Shown: positions 24,587 to 34,197 of the stretch, in pieces | Position numbering within the stretch: the first letter of the stretch is position 1 | How the letters are laid out: each line of letters starts with the position of its first letter | Source of the DNA: a virus | Taxonomy: Duplodnaviria > Caudoviricetes | Virus record (IMG/VR): IMGVR_UViG_3300032737_000030 | Span: 1 to 40,581 of that record | DNA: 40,581 nt | Reading direction: 5' to 3' (one strand) | Translations under genes and position numbers: made by a program | Notes under the pieces: generated by a model | What the model was told of the DNA's origin: nothing | Databases searched by the model: none | Seen by the model: only the letters and a program-made list of their open reading frames with translations

Positions 24587-25492
24587 ATGACCCGTGTTCT
24601 AATAACGGGCGGCGCCGGCTTTATTGGTTGGCATCTTGAACAATTTTATAAAGGAAAGGATGATTATGAGGTCAAGTCGATTGACAACTTTTTTCATCCC
24701 TGTTCCGCCCCTTCTGAGGCTTCATATGCTGATATTCGGTATTACGATGAAATTGAGCCTTATGTAGAATGGGCGGATATTGTTTTTCATCTAGCAGCAC
24801 AGATACATGTGGATAGATCTATTGAGTTTCCACAGGAGACAGTAGATATCAATGTTAATGGAACCCTGAATATCCTTGAGGCATGCAAGAAGTTCAAGAA
24901 AAAACTTGTCTTTGCTTCTTCTAGTGAGGTCTATGGCACTTCACAGGTAGATTTCATGCCTGAAACCCATCAATTAGACGGACAATCACCCTATGCTGCC
25001 TCTAAAACAGCCGGTGATAGACTATGTAAAGCTTATGCAGATACCTTTGGACTTGACGTTGTTATCCTCAGAAATTTCAACACATTTGGAGAGTGGCAAA
25101 ACGACAGTTCCTATGGATCTGTTATTGCTAAGTTTACGAAAGCAGCTCTTGAAGGAAGCCCCTTGTATATTTTTGGTGATGGACAGCAAGAACGTGATTA
25201 CATGCATGTTAATAACGCCGTACTTGCATATGACTTCTGTTCACGGGAGCTCGGAGCTGGAACCACCCTTAACGTTGGGAGTGGGAAAACTGTCAGAATC
25301 TTGGATCTCGCAAGTACCATTAAAAGACTTACTAAGACTAAATCACCGATCATTCATGTAGAACCACGACCAGGTGAAGTACAGCGTTTGTGTGCAGATA
25401 TGACAAAGGCGAAGGATCTTGGATTTGATCCTTCTTTTAATTTTGAAAATGATTTATATAATTACATAATTTGGTATAACTCAAACTTATGA
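24587..25492 (+). CDS. NAD-dependent nucleotide-sugar epimerase/dehydratase (extended SDR)
   Basis: TGGAGFIG, FHLAAQ, ASSSEVYG, catalytic YAASK, RNFN.FG. Confidence 0.95.
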   Translation: MTRVLITGGAGFIGWHLEQFYKGKDDYEVKSIDNFFHPCSAPSEASYADIRYYDEIEPYVEWADIVFHLAAQIHVDRSIEFPQETVDINVNGTLNILEACKKFKKKLVFASSSEVYGTSQVDFMPETHQLDGQSPYAASKTAGDRLCKAYADTFGLDVVILRNFNTFGEWQNDSSYGSVIAKFTKAALEGSPLYIFGDGQQERDYMHVNNAVLAYDFCSRELGAGTTLNVGSGKTVRILDLASTIKRLTKTKSPIIHVEPRPGEVQRLCADMTKAKDLGFDPSFNFENDLYNYIIWYNSNL

Positions 25493-26196
25493 CACACTTA
25501 GTCATCGGAGCTGGTGAAATAGGCCAAGGGCTTCAGAAAGTCTTAGCTAGGGCTCATGAAGTAGATATTAGGGATATTAATTGTACAGATGCTTTAAAGG
25601 CAGCATATGATTTTTTACATATCTGTATTCCTTTTTCAGACAACTTTAAAACAATCGTTGAGGACTACAAGACCAAATACAATGCTACTTTTGTGGTTAT
25701 CCATGGCACTGTTCCAGTTGGTACTAATAGGCAGCTTGGTTCTGACTACGTTTCTTCACCAGTTAGGGGTAAGCATCCGGATCTATCTAAAGGAATAGAA
25801 ATCTTTGTTAAGTTTCTTGGTGGTGTTAATAAAGAAACCGTTGAGGTTGTGTCAGAAGAATTTAAGAAGGCTGGTATTAAAACATTTATTCTGTCTTCAC
25901 CTGAAGCTGCTGAGATGGGCAAGATACTTGAAACAACCCAATACGGATGGTTTATTATCCTTTGTAAGAAGATCAAGGAGCTGTGTGATGAGCATGATCT
26001 AAATTTTGATGAGGTCTATACATTACATAACATGACTTATAACGATGGATACAGAAAGACTGCCCAGGAGCATTACTGCCGACCAGTGTTATCCCCGATA
26101 CCTGGTGCTATAGGTGGACACTGTGTAGTTCAGAACACTGATTTATTAGATTGCTTTGTTACTAATTTCGTAAAACAAGTAGCTAAGGAGATGTAA
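25489..26196 (+). CDS. UDP-sugar 6-dehydrogenase-like protein (WbpA/WecC family), lacking the C-terminal domain
   Basis: GAGEIG, ICIP, TVPVGT, SP.R, AEMGKILE and catalytic GGHC; only 235 aa. Confidence 0.8.
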   Translation: MTHLVIGAGEIGQGLQKVLARAHEVDIRDINCTDALKAAYDFLHICIPFSDNFKTIVEDYKTKYNATFVVIHGTVPVGTNRQLGSDYVSSPVRGKHPDLSKGIEIFVKFLGGVNKETVEVVSEEFKKAGIKTFILSSPEAAEMGKILETTQYGWFIILCKKIKELCDEHDLNFDEVYTLHNMTYNDGYRKTAQEHYCRPVLSPIPGAIGGHCVVQNTDLLDCFVTNFVKQVAKEM

Positions 26197-26639
26197 TGTA
26201 CGATATGGATCCTGAGACTCCTATAAAAGTTCTATTTGGCGGTGCACTTGACCTACTTCATATGGGTCATATCCTGGCAATGGAAGATGCTAAGTTGTTT
26301 GGTGATCAGTTGATCGTCAATATAGATTCAGATGCTCGTGTAAAGGCTAAGAAGGGGTCTAATAGGCCGATAATCCCTGAGAAGGACAGGGTGGCAATGG
26401 TGGCTTCCTTGGAAATCGTAGACAGGGTTGTGTGCCTTTTCGGTGATCCCGACTATCCTGTTCCGAAGCTGTTGAAGATGTTGAAACCTGACGTGTTGAT
26501 CGTAAGTGGAGACTCTGATTTTGTTAAAGAACAGAAATTGTGTGATGAGATGGGTGTAAAAATGGTTAAACGTTCTCGTATAACCGCCTCATCTGGTCTA
26601 GATACCACAGCGATCATCGCCAAGATTCGTAATGAGTAG
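26196..26639 (+). CDS. Cytidylyl/adenylyltransferase (TagD/RfaE-II-like HxGH family)
   Basis: FGGALDLLHMGH, SD..V...KG..RPI and TT.II motifs. Confidence 0.88.
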   Translation: MYDMDPETPIKVLFGGALDLLHMGHILAMEDAKLFGDQLIVNIDSDARVKAKKGSNRPIIPEKDRVAMVASLEIVDRVVCLFGDPDYPVPKLLKMLKPDVLIVSGDSDFVKEQKLCDEMGVKMVKRSRITASSGLDTTAIIAKIRNE

Positions 26640-26672
26640 GTCAGTGGGGCACCTTAAGTCCCCACACTATTT

Positions 26673-27728
26673 ATGATCCCATTTCACAAAATGTACATAG
26701 GTGAAGAAGAAAAGAAGGCAGTCTGTGACTGTATTGATTCTGGTTGGATAACCTTAGGAAAGAAGTGTGAAGAATTTGAGGAACAGTTTGCTGAGTATAT
26801 AGGTTCTAACTATGCAGTATCTGTTGATAGCGGAACGTCTGCACTGTTTCTTTCCTTAATGTTTGTTAAAGAAAAAGATGGTTTTAGAGAGGGTCATAAG
26901 ATAGCTGTACCTTCTTTAACCTTTGCTGCGTCTGCTACAACCATCATACATGCTGGTGCTGAACCGTTCTTTATAGATGTAGGCGAAGACCTATGCATGA
27001 AGCTAGAAGACTTTGCTAGGTATTTAGATCTGTTTACTACATATGTTGATGTTCAATTAGCAGGTAACAAGACAACCTGGGACAGTCTTAGCAAGTGGCG
27101 TGTGGTTGATTCAGCTCATCTTATTGAACGTGATTGCTTTTGTGGTGACTTGATGTGCTTTAGCTTTCATCCTACGAAGAACATGACTACAGGTAAGGGT
27201 GGAATGATCTGTACCAATAGTGAAGAAGCTTATAAGTGGCTTAAAAAGGCTAGATTACATGGAATGCACAAGAAGGAATGGGACGAAGGCCTAAGCACCA
27301 CAGTGGCTAGATGGGGATATACAGTTGAGTTTGCTGGTTGGAAGAAGAACATGACTGATCTACAGGCTGTTATTGGCATTGAGCAACTGAAGAAGATGGA
27401 TTATATGAACGAAGAGAAGCAGCGTTGTATAGATCGTTACAATGAGAATCTTGGATTAAAACGCTCCGGGCTACATCTGTACTATGTCTTTGTGAAGGAT
27501 CGTGAGAAATTCATGCAATTTATGAAAGATAGTGAAATTCAATGCAGTGTCCACTTCCAACCACTACACCAGATGCCTGCATTTAAAAAGTACACACGTA
27601 GATTAAAAAATACTAATTGGTTTGGTGATCATATCGTGAGCCTGCCATTTTATGTTGACTTAACAAACGTAGAAATTGATTTTATATGTCAAAAGATAGT
27701 AGAGAGCAAGCAGTTAATTATGCGATAG
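26673..27728 (+). CDS. DegT/DnrJ/EryC1/StrS PLP-dependent sugar aminotransferase (WbpE-like role)
   Basis: SGTSAL, PSLTF, DSAH and FSFHPTKNMTTGKGG (PLP lysine). Confidence 0.95.
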   Translation: MIPFHKMYIGEEEKKAVCDCIDSGWITLGKKCEEFEEQFAEYIGSNYAVSVDSGTSALFLSLMFVKEKDGFREGHKIAVPSLTFAASATTIIHAGAEPFFIDVGEDLCMKLEDFARYLDLFTTYVDVQLAGNKTTWDSLSKWRVVDSAHLIERDCFCGDLMCFSFHPTKNMTTGKGGMICTNSEEAYKWLKKARLHGMHKKEWDEGLSTTVARWGYTVEFAGWKKNMTDLQAVIGIEQLKKMDYMNEEKQRCIDRYNENLGLKRSGLHLYYVFVKDREKFMQFMKDSEIQCSVHFQPLHQMPAFKKYTRRLKNTNWFGDHIVSLPFYVDLTNVEIDFICQKIVESKQLIMR

Positions 27729-28549
27729 TTGGTGCTGGGTTTATATTTGACCGGCACGTAGCAGCTATTAAAGCCACGGGCGGCGTAGTAAAAATGGTTT
27801 GTGATACAGATAAAGAAAAGATTAACAAGCTGGATGGTGACATTCAATTCTTCGATGACTTTTATAAAATGCTCCAATCAACTGATTTTTACAAGATTGA
27901 TATTATTGTTATTTGCACACCTAATAGATTCCATTTTGAACAAACGGCGGAAGCAATGATGGCTGGTAAGGATGTGATCTGTGAGAAGCCGTGTGTGATA
28001 GACATTAATGATCTACAGAAACTAAAGGATGTTGAGTTACAGACAGGAAAAACAGTTTACTTCGTCCATCAGTTAAGGGAATCTAAAAGGCTGGCTGATC
28101 TTAAAGCTGAGTTACTGCGTAATCCAGATCATAAGTCTGTGAACCTTAAACTTCACATGCATCGTGGTGAGTTTTATTGGAAGGGTTGGAAAGGTACTGA
28201 GGATCAGTCTGGTGGAATCCTGTTTAATATAGGGGTGCATTACTTTGATATGCTTATATGGTTCTTTGGATATCCCAAGAGCTATGAGGTAGAACGCAGC
28301 GTTAGAAGGGCTAATGGAACTATTGAATTTGAAAACGCGACTGTTGATTGGGAGATAAACCTTCTTGCAGGCAAAGACTGTCAATATAGAACTTTAAATA
28401 TTAATGGTGAGAAGATTAACTTAACAGGTGACATGGAGTCATTACATCGCAAAGTTTACGAGAGCTGCTTATTAGGGGTTGGAACTAGAATTGGAGATGC
28501 TAAGCCGACTATTAACTTCATTCATGAAATGACATATGGTAAAGAATAA
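27686..28549 (+). CDS. Gfo/Idh/MocA oxidoreductase, WbpB/WlbA-like UDP-GlcNAcA 3-dehydrogenase
   Basis: GAGFI..RH..AIK.TGG, ICTPN..H, CEKP and WKG....SGGILFNIGVHYFDML.W.FG. Confidence 0.88.
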   Translation: MSKDSREQAVNYAIVGAGFIFDRHVAAIKATGGVVKMVCDTDKEKINKLDGDIQFFDDFYKMLQSTDFYKIDIIVICTPNRFHFEQTAEAMMAGKDVICEKPCVIDINDLQKLKDVELQTGKTVYFVHQLRESKRLADLKAELLRNPDHKSVNLKLHMHRGEFYWKGWKGTEDQSGGILFNIGVHYFDMLIWFFGYPKSYEVERSVRRANGTIEFENATVDWEINLLAGKDCQYRTLNINGEKINLTGDMESLHRKVYESCLLGVGTRIGDAKPTINFIHEMTYGKE

Positions 28550-29033
28550 ATTTCAAAAGGATTGGGTCAAGATGCAGGTTTCAGCTCACGAAACCACGGT
28601 AATTGACGAACCAGTCCAAATTGGTGAGAATACCAAGATCTGGCACAACACTCACATTAGGGAGAACGTAAAGATCGGTAAGAACTGTATGATTGGTGAG
28701 GGTTGTTATATTGATGAGGGTGTTAACATTGGGGACAATGTACGTATTCAGAACAGTGTGAACGTCTATAAAGGTGTCATTATAGAAGACGGGGTTTATG
28801 TAGGTCCTGGGGTTACGTTTATGAATAAACGCAAGCCACTTGATGATGAAGAAGACTATCAAATTACTTTAGTGAGGCGTGGTGCTACCATAGGGGCAAA
28901 TGCCACAATCCTGTGCGGTGTTACTATCTGTGAGAACTCATCAGTGGCAGCTGGTGCATTAGTTAACAAGATAGTGAAAGCCAACGCTTTCGTTATTGGA
29001 AACCCAGCGATTACTCTTAAATATAAAGAATAG
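28536..29033 (+). CDS. Hexapeptide-repeat N-acetyltransferase, WbpD/WlbB-like
   Basis: IGENTKIWH, VRIQNSVNVYKGV.IEDGV.VGP.V.F.N and GATIGANATILCG. Confidence 0.92.
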   Translation: MVKNKFQKDWVKMQVSAHETTVIDEPVQIGENTKIWHNTHIRENVKIGKNCMIGEGCYIDEGVNIGDNVRIQNSVNVYKGVIIEDGVYVGPGVTFMNKRKPLDDEEDYQITLVRRGATIGANATILCGVTICENSSVAAGALVNKIVKANAFVIGNPAITLKYKE

Positions 29034-29034
29034 T

Positions 29035-31221
29035 ATGAAAAAAGAAGAACTACCTTTGATTAGTTTCTGTATGCCTGTCTATCATGATGGGGATACCGTA
29101 ACTAAGGCAGTAGAAAGTATCTTAGATCAGGACTATCCTGAGATCGAAGTCATTCTTAGTGTTGATGGTTGTGAAGAATCCGCTAAGGCTGTTAAAAAGA
29201 TTGTTGCTAAGTATAAAAGCATGAAACGTGGTGTCAGTGCTATATATTCTAAGAAGAATCAGGGAGCCTGCATTGCACGTAATGATGCTGCTAAGTTAGC
29301 GAAAGGTAAGTATTTGTCATTCTTACCTGCTGATGGTTATCTATTACCAGGTGTTGTACGCATTTGGATGAAACATCTCGAAGAACATCCAGACTATGAT
29401 TTCCTATACGGTGGCTATCGTTTCTTAAATGAGATCTATACTAAGAAAGAACTTGAGAAGTTTGCTAAGAAAGAAAAGATTTCTATTACTGAATTTATTG
29501 AAAGAAATAGATACTATCCATTACCAGATGACAGGTTTGGTGGACAACAGGGCTTTGATTATATGTCTGATAATTTTGATCCGTACTTTCTTGATACTAC
29601 TAACTATATTGATGGAAGCTTTCCGCTCACTAAGAAGAAGTTTGATGAGATTGGTGGTTGGGATCCTAAGATTAAGTCTTTACAGGATTGGGATCTGTGG
29701 TTGTCTGTAGTTAAAAGTGGTGGAAAGGGTATCTTCGTTAAAGACATCTTCTTTGAGACAGAATATCCACATCCAGGTGGATTAAGTCACGATAGTTCTA
29801 AGAACTGGCTACAACGTCTTAGTGAGATTAAAAAGAAACACAAAATCGAAGAACGAACTACATGTGTTACTTCTTTAGGTGCTAAGTTCCATGCTAAACG
29901 ATTGGCTTATATTCTAGGAGCAGACTTTAAAGAAATGCCTTCGTTTAAACCGCACAACTATGAGATGATTTATCTTATAGGGTTTTATCCACAGTTTGCT
30001 GACGAGTGTGCACAAGTATTTCAGAACTGTAGGGGAACCAAGGTTATTCATTGGGTCGGATCTGATATCTGGCAAATGCAGCAGATGGATCTTCAGTCAC
30101 GACATATCTTATTAGATTACTTTAAAAAGAACGTTGATCATCATTTGTGTGAAGCAGAATTTACTAAGAAAGAACTCAAGGAGCTAGGGGTTGATGCTAG
30201 GGTTATTCCTTTGCCACCAATCAAGCTATTTAAACCAACACCATTACCAAACAAGTTTAAGGTTGCGGTTTATATGCCGCATGTTAATGAGAATTTCTAT
30301 CGTCCTGATATGTGTGAAAAGATTGCTGAATTGTGTCCTGACATTGAATTTGTTTTCTTTGGTAATCAGGGTAGACAGGGTAAAGATAAGAATATTGAGT
30401 ATGCTGGCTATATCACAGATATGCAGAAGTTTATTGGTGAGTGTAGTGCATTGATGAGATTAACTATCCACGATGGTCTACCTATTACAGCGTTAGAATT
30501 CCTTACAGCCGGTCGTAATGTTCTAGCTAGTGTGCCAATTAAACATGCTACACACATCGAGAAGCCAACACCTGAACTGGTGGCTGCTGAACTCAAGAAA
30601 ATGAAAAGGCTTGGTCTTAATGTTCGTGGGTCAAAATCTTGGATGTGTGCCTTAGCCCACAGTAAATTCAAAAAGAAAATCAACAAGCTAAAAGAATATG
30701 ATCCCAAGGAGTATTGGGAACGTAGGGCTGACTCATGGAGCGAACTAGCTGATCTTAACTATTCATTACCTATAACAGACAAGAACCTTATCAAAAACTG
30801 GATAAACAAACTTGAGTTTAAGTCTGTATTAGATATTGGCTGTGGTAATGGTCGTTTTACACCAATGTTTATTGGAAAAGATTATACTGGTATAGATATT
30901 TCAGACAAGTTGGTAAAGATTGCTAAGAAGCGATTCCCTGAGTCTGAATTTAAGACAATGAGGGTTGAAGACTTAAAACCGATATTGAGTAAACCAAAGT
31001 ATGATCTGATATTCTCATATACTTGTCTTGAGCATATTATCGAGGAAGACTTTCCCAAAGCAGTAGAGGCACTTAAAAAGGTTGGTAAGAAGATACTACT
31101 TATTGAACCAGAAGGCTTCGAGTCTGTAGGACACTGTCATGATCATGACTATAAGAAACACTTTAAGGTAATTAAGAAGAAGAAGCTAAGTGATAAGACC
31201 ATGTATCTCTGTGAGCTCTAA
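29035..31221 (+). CDS. Three-domain fusion: GT2, GT-B-like domain, SAM-dependent methyltransferase (start re-called at MKKEELP)
   Basis: ISFCMPVY, ARN.A and QDWDLWL (GT2); DGLPITALEFL.AGR (GT-B-like); VLDIGCGNGR (methyltransferase). Confidence 0.85.
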   Translation: MKKEELPLISFCMPVYHDGDTVTKAVESILDQDYPEIEVILSVDGCEESAKAVKKIVAKYKSMKRGVSAIYSKKNQGACIARNDAAKLAKGKYLSFLPADGYLLPGVVRIWMKHLEEHPDYDFLYGGYRFLNEIYTKKELEKFAKKEKISITEFIERNRYYPLPDDRFGGQQGFDYMSDNFDPYFLDTTNYIDGSFPLTKKKFDEIGGWDPKIKSLQDWDLWLSVVKSGGKGIFVKDIFFETEYPHPGGLSHDSSKNWLQRLSEIKKKHKIEERTTCVTSLGAKFHAKRLAYILGADFKEMPSFKPHNYEMIYLIGFYPQFADECAQVFQNCRGTKVIHWVGSDIWQMQQMDLQSRHILLDYFKKNVDHHLCEAEFTKKELKELGVDARVIPLPPIKLFKPTPLPNKFKVAVYMPHVNENFYRPDMCEKIAELCPDIEFVFFGNQGRQGKDKNIEYAGYITDMQKFIGECSALMRLTIHDGLPITALEFLTAGRNVLASVPIKHATHIEKPTPELVAAELKKMKRLGLNVRGSKSWMCALAHSKFKKKINKLKEYDPKEYWERRADSWSELADLNYSLPITDKNLIKNWINKLEFKSVLDIGCGNGRFTPMFIGKDYTGIDISDKLVKIAKKRFPESEFKTMRVEDLKPILSKPKYDLIFSYTCLEHIIEEDFPKAVEALKKVGKKILLIEPEGFESVGHCHDHDYKKHFKVIKKKKLSDKTMYLCEL

Positions 31222-31714
31222 AGCCTTTGTAGTATTAGGAATGCATAGGTCAGCTACATCATTAGCTGCTCGGGGAATTTCTGAATGTGGCGTTGAAATA
31301 GGTGCTGATGACTCAACTGCTAATGAATTTAATAAGTGGGGCTACTGGGAGAATCCTGAGTTTGTTGATCTAAACCATTATATCTTAGAGGCAGCAGGTG
31401 GAAGTTGGTTTCAGCCACCACCCGAAGAAGATATCTTAAAGGCTGGTAAGAAGTTCACTAAGGATATAAAGAAGTTGATTAAGAAGCATGAATCTAAAAA
31501 GTGGGGCTGGAAAGATCCACGAACCACGTTGACAATCAAGTTGTTTCATCCTCATCTAAAGAATCCTAACTATATCTGTTGTTTCCGAGATCCGTTAGAA
31601 GTAGCAAAGTCTTTGCAAAGAAGAAGTAAGATGGATCTTGAGATGGGAGTAGATTTAGCTAATGAGTATAACAAAAGATTATTAGATTTCCTGTATGGCA
31701 ACTTTAAAAGTTAA
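31190..31714 (+). CDS. Sulfotransferase-family protein (start possibly GTG at 31211)
   Basis: VLGMHRSATS, G.WE, WGWKDPRT and RDPLEVAKSL motifs. Confidence 0.82.
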   Translation: MIRPCISVSSKAFVVLGMHRSATSLAARGISECGVEIGADDSTANEFNKWGYWENPEFVDLNHYILEAAGGSWFQPPPEEDILKAGKKFTKDIKKLIKKHESKKWGWKDPRTTLTIKLFHPHLKNPNYICCFRDPLEVAKSLQRRSKMDLEMGVDLANEYNKRLLDFLYGNFKS

Positions 31715-32519
31715 TGAATGTGACTTCACGCATAAGGCTAGTATTCTAGTGGCTACTTATAAACGATTAGATATGTTTAAGCAGTGCTACGAATCTTTAG
31801 TTAAGAATCCAGGTATAGATGATTACGAACTATTTATCTGGGACAATGGATCTGGTAAGAAGTTCCACAATTATCTTAGAAAGATTGAAAAGGAAAACCC
31901 TAATGTTAAAGTCCACTACGGAAAGGAAAATCTAGGATGCAAGGTCTACTCCTTGATGGCTGAACAAACCAATGGTGAGCACATAGTATTCATGGACGAT
32001 GATGTTATTGAATTCCCTGATAACTGGTTAGCTGATTTAATTGAGGCTTATTGGGATGCTCCATTTCCTCACAGGGTTTGGGGGATGCTTACTACCAATG
32101 TGGTTCAAGACGATAAAACCAATGGGGCTTTATGGACAGACAAGATAAAGGAGTTTAACAGCTCTGATTTACAACCAACTGCTACAAGTCCGAATAACCG
32201 CAACTTTATTATGGGGACTACTTATGGAGGCTGGTGTGCAATTACCCATAGATTCATTTATAAGTTAGCTGGTGGATTCACTCAGGGTGGAACAGATAAG
32301 TTCTTTGCCATAGACGGTTCTTATGGAAAGGCTATGTGGAAGCTAAACTTATCCACAGCAATCTATAAGGATTTAAAGGTATATCATGCTTCCGGGCCTT
32401 GGTGGAATCAAGACTATCCTGAACTATGGGAAGAAAAAGCTCAGAAGACACTGGCTGAATCAGCTAAAGAATATCTAGATCGTGAACCTTCATTAACTGC
32501 ACTAAAAGAACTTATATGA
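31695..32519 (+). CDS. Glycosyltransferase family 2
   Basis: SILVATYKR, IWDNGS, ENLG and FMDDD. Confidence 0.9.
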   Translation: MATLKVNECDFTHKASILVATYKRLDMFKQCYESLVKNPGIDDYELFIWDNGSGKKFHNYLRKIEKENPNVKVHYGKENLGCKVYSLMAEQTNGEHIVFMDDDVIEFPDNWLADLIEAYWDAPFPHRVWGMLTTNVVQDDKTNGALWTDKIKEFNSSDLQPTATSPNNRNFIMGTTYGGWCAITHRFIYKLAGGFTQGGTDKFFAIDGSYGKAMWKLNLSTAIYKDLKVYHASGPWWNQDYPELWEEKAQKTLAESAKEYLDREPSLTALKELI

Positions 32520-33241
32520 GCCAACCGCTATTCTCAGTAATCATTCCTTACTACAATCATTCTAAGGTTGTAGGCAATGCTATCTCTTCGATTTATACCC
32601 AGACTTGTGAGGACTGGGAGTTGACTATTGTTGATGATGGTTCAGATCCAGAACATAAGATTAGCATGTTTGATGAGCAAGCCTTTCTTTATACTCAAAA
32701 ACATCAAGGTGTATCAGCTGCGATACAGAAAGGAATCGAAGAATCTACTGGAAAATATATTGTATTACAGGGGGCCGATGACCTATCCCTTCCAGATAGA
32801 CTTGAACGGGCTAAGAAATTCTTTGAAAAGAAACCTGATACTGATGTCTTTGTTCATTCCCTTTATACTAATCTATGGGACTATGAGCGTAACGTGATTG
32901 TCAGGGGCTACAGAAAAGCTGAACGTACTACTAAACGTGAGCTACTTAAGAACCAGACTATTAACGGTGTGCCAATCTTTAAGAGGGAAGTAGGAATCAA
33001 GTTACCACTTAGACCTGAAACCAAATATGTGTCAGATTGGATGATGCACCTAGACTGGTACTTTAGTGGATGTAAGTATGGATTCAGTGATGTAGCTACT
33101 TATGAGTATGTACGGAGTCAGGGATCTGCTTCTGAACGCTATGAAAAGGCAGGTAAGCGTCACGCTGGTTTACGGATAGTCAAGGACATCATGAAGAAAG
33201 ACTATAATGCTAATTTTAATCCAATGGACTTTGAATTATGA
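32516..33241 (+). CDS. Glycosyltransferase family 2
   Basis: FSVIIPYYN, IVDDGS, GADD...PDRL and DW. Confidence 0.92.
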   Translation: MSQPLFSVIIPYYNHSKVVGNAISSIYTQTCEDWELTIVDDGSDPEHKISMFDEQAFLYTQKHQGVSAAIQKGIEESTGKYIVLQGADDLSLPDRLERAKKFFEKKPDTDVFVHSLYTNLWDYERNVIVRGYRKAERTTKRELLKNQTINGVPIFKREVGIKLPLRPETKYVSDWMMHLDWYFSGCKYGFSDVATYEYVRSQGSASERYEKAGKRHAGLRIVKDIMKKDYNANFNPMDFEL

Positions 33242-34197
33242 TAATGTCAATCATCGGCACAAGGCCACAAATCATGAAGATCGACAAGGATCTTCCACAA
33301 AAAATCATATGGACTGGGCAGCACTATGATGAGTGCATGAAAGACGTGTTCTTCCAGGATCTCAAGATGCCTAAACCAGACTACGAGTGTGGTAGTAAAA
33401 CACTTGGATCAATGATTTCAAAGATAACTGCCATACTAAAAAAAGAACAACCTGATCTTGTTCTTGTTTATGGTGACTGTAGATCTACTGTGGCTGGTGC
33501 TATTGCTGCTTCTGAGCTTGGCATACCTATTGGTCATGTCGAAGCAGGTGTAAGATGTTTCAACAATGGTGTACCTGAAGAACGGAATCGTATCTTAGTA
33601 GATCATTTAAGTAAGTATCTATTTGCTCCAGATGATAAAGCCAGGTCAAACCTAGCAAAGGAAGGTATCAAAGATGACGTATATGTGATAGGAAACGTTA
33701 TGTTCGATACGCTTACATCTATGTGTCCTATAAAGAAAAAAGCATATCATACATATTCTTATGTTTCTTTACATCGTCAGGAGAATATAACTTCAGCCGT
33801 GAGACTACAAACATTGTTTGATACTTTAGAAGAAATAGATGAAAAGTTTATCTTTCCACTTCATCCAAATACTGCTAAGCAATTGAAAGCCCTTAAGGTA
33901 AGGGTACCTGACAACTTTGATGTTATTTCACCTGCTTCTTATAAGGATAATTTAAGTTTGATTTCCAACGCTAGAAGGGTCATAACTGATTCGGGTGGTG
34001 TTCAGAATGAAGCTGCTTGGATGTTTGTTCCTTGTGGTGTATATCGCAACCAAAATGAATGGAGTGGTTGGATTCGTTTATTGAGGGATGAAATAGATAT
34101 CAAGGACTTTATGGAAAAGCCTTGGAATGTAACTAGGGAAGTACCACTACCAGGAGCTAAAGCTAACATTAGACAATTAATCACTTGGGCAGTATGA
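33238..34197 (+). CDS. Non-hydrolysing UDP-GlcNAc-type 2-epimerase (WecB/WbpI family)
   Basis: GTRPQ..K, TGQHYD, VYGD, HVEAG.R, PEERNR and TDSGGVQ.EA. Confidence 0.95.
   Translation: MIMSIIGTRPQIMKIDKDLPQKIIWTGQHYDECMKDVFFQDLKMPKPDYECGSKTLGSMISKITAILKKEQPDLVLVYGDCRSTVAGAIAASELGIPIGHVEAGVRCFNNGVPEERNRILVDHLSKYLFAPDDKARSNLAKEGIKDDVYVIGNVMFDTLTSMCPIKKKAYHTYSYVSLHRQENITSAVRLQTLFDTLEEIDEKFIFPLHPNTAKQLKALKVRVPDNFDVISPASYKDNLSLISNARRVITDSGGVQNEAAWMFVPCGVYRNQNEWSGWIRLLRDEIDIKDFMEKPWNVTREVPLPGAKANIRQLITWAV

Noticed and set aside
5601-32357. DnaA-box matches at 5601, 14110 and 32349 as origin elements
   Set aside because: Isolated and inside coding sequence, so they may be chance matches.
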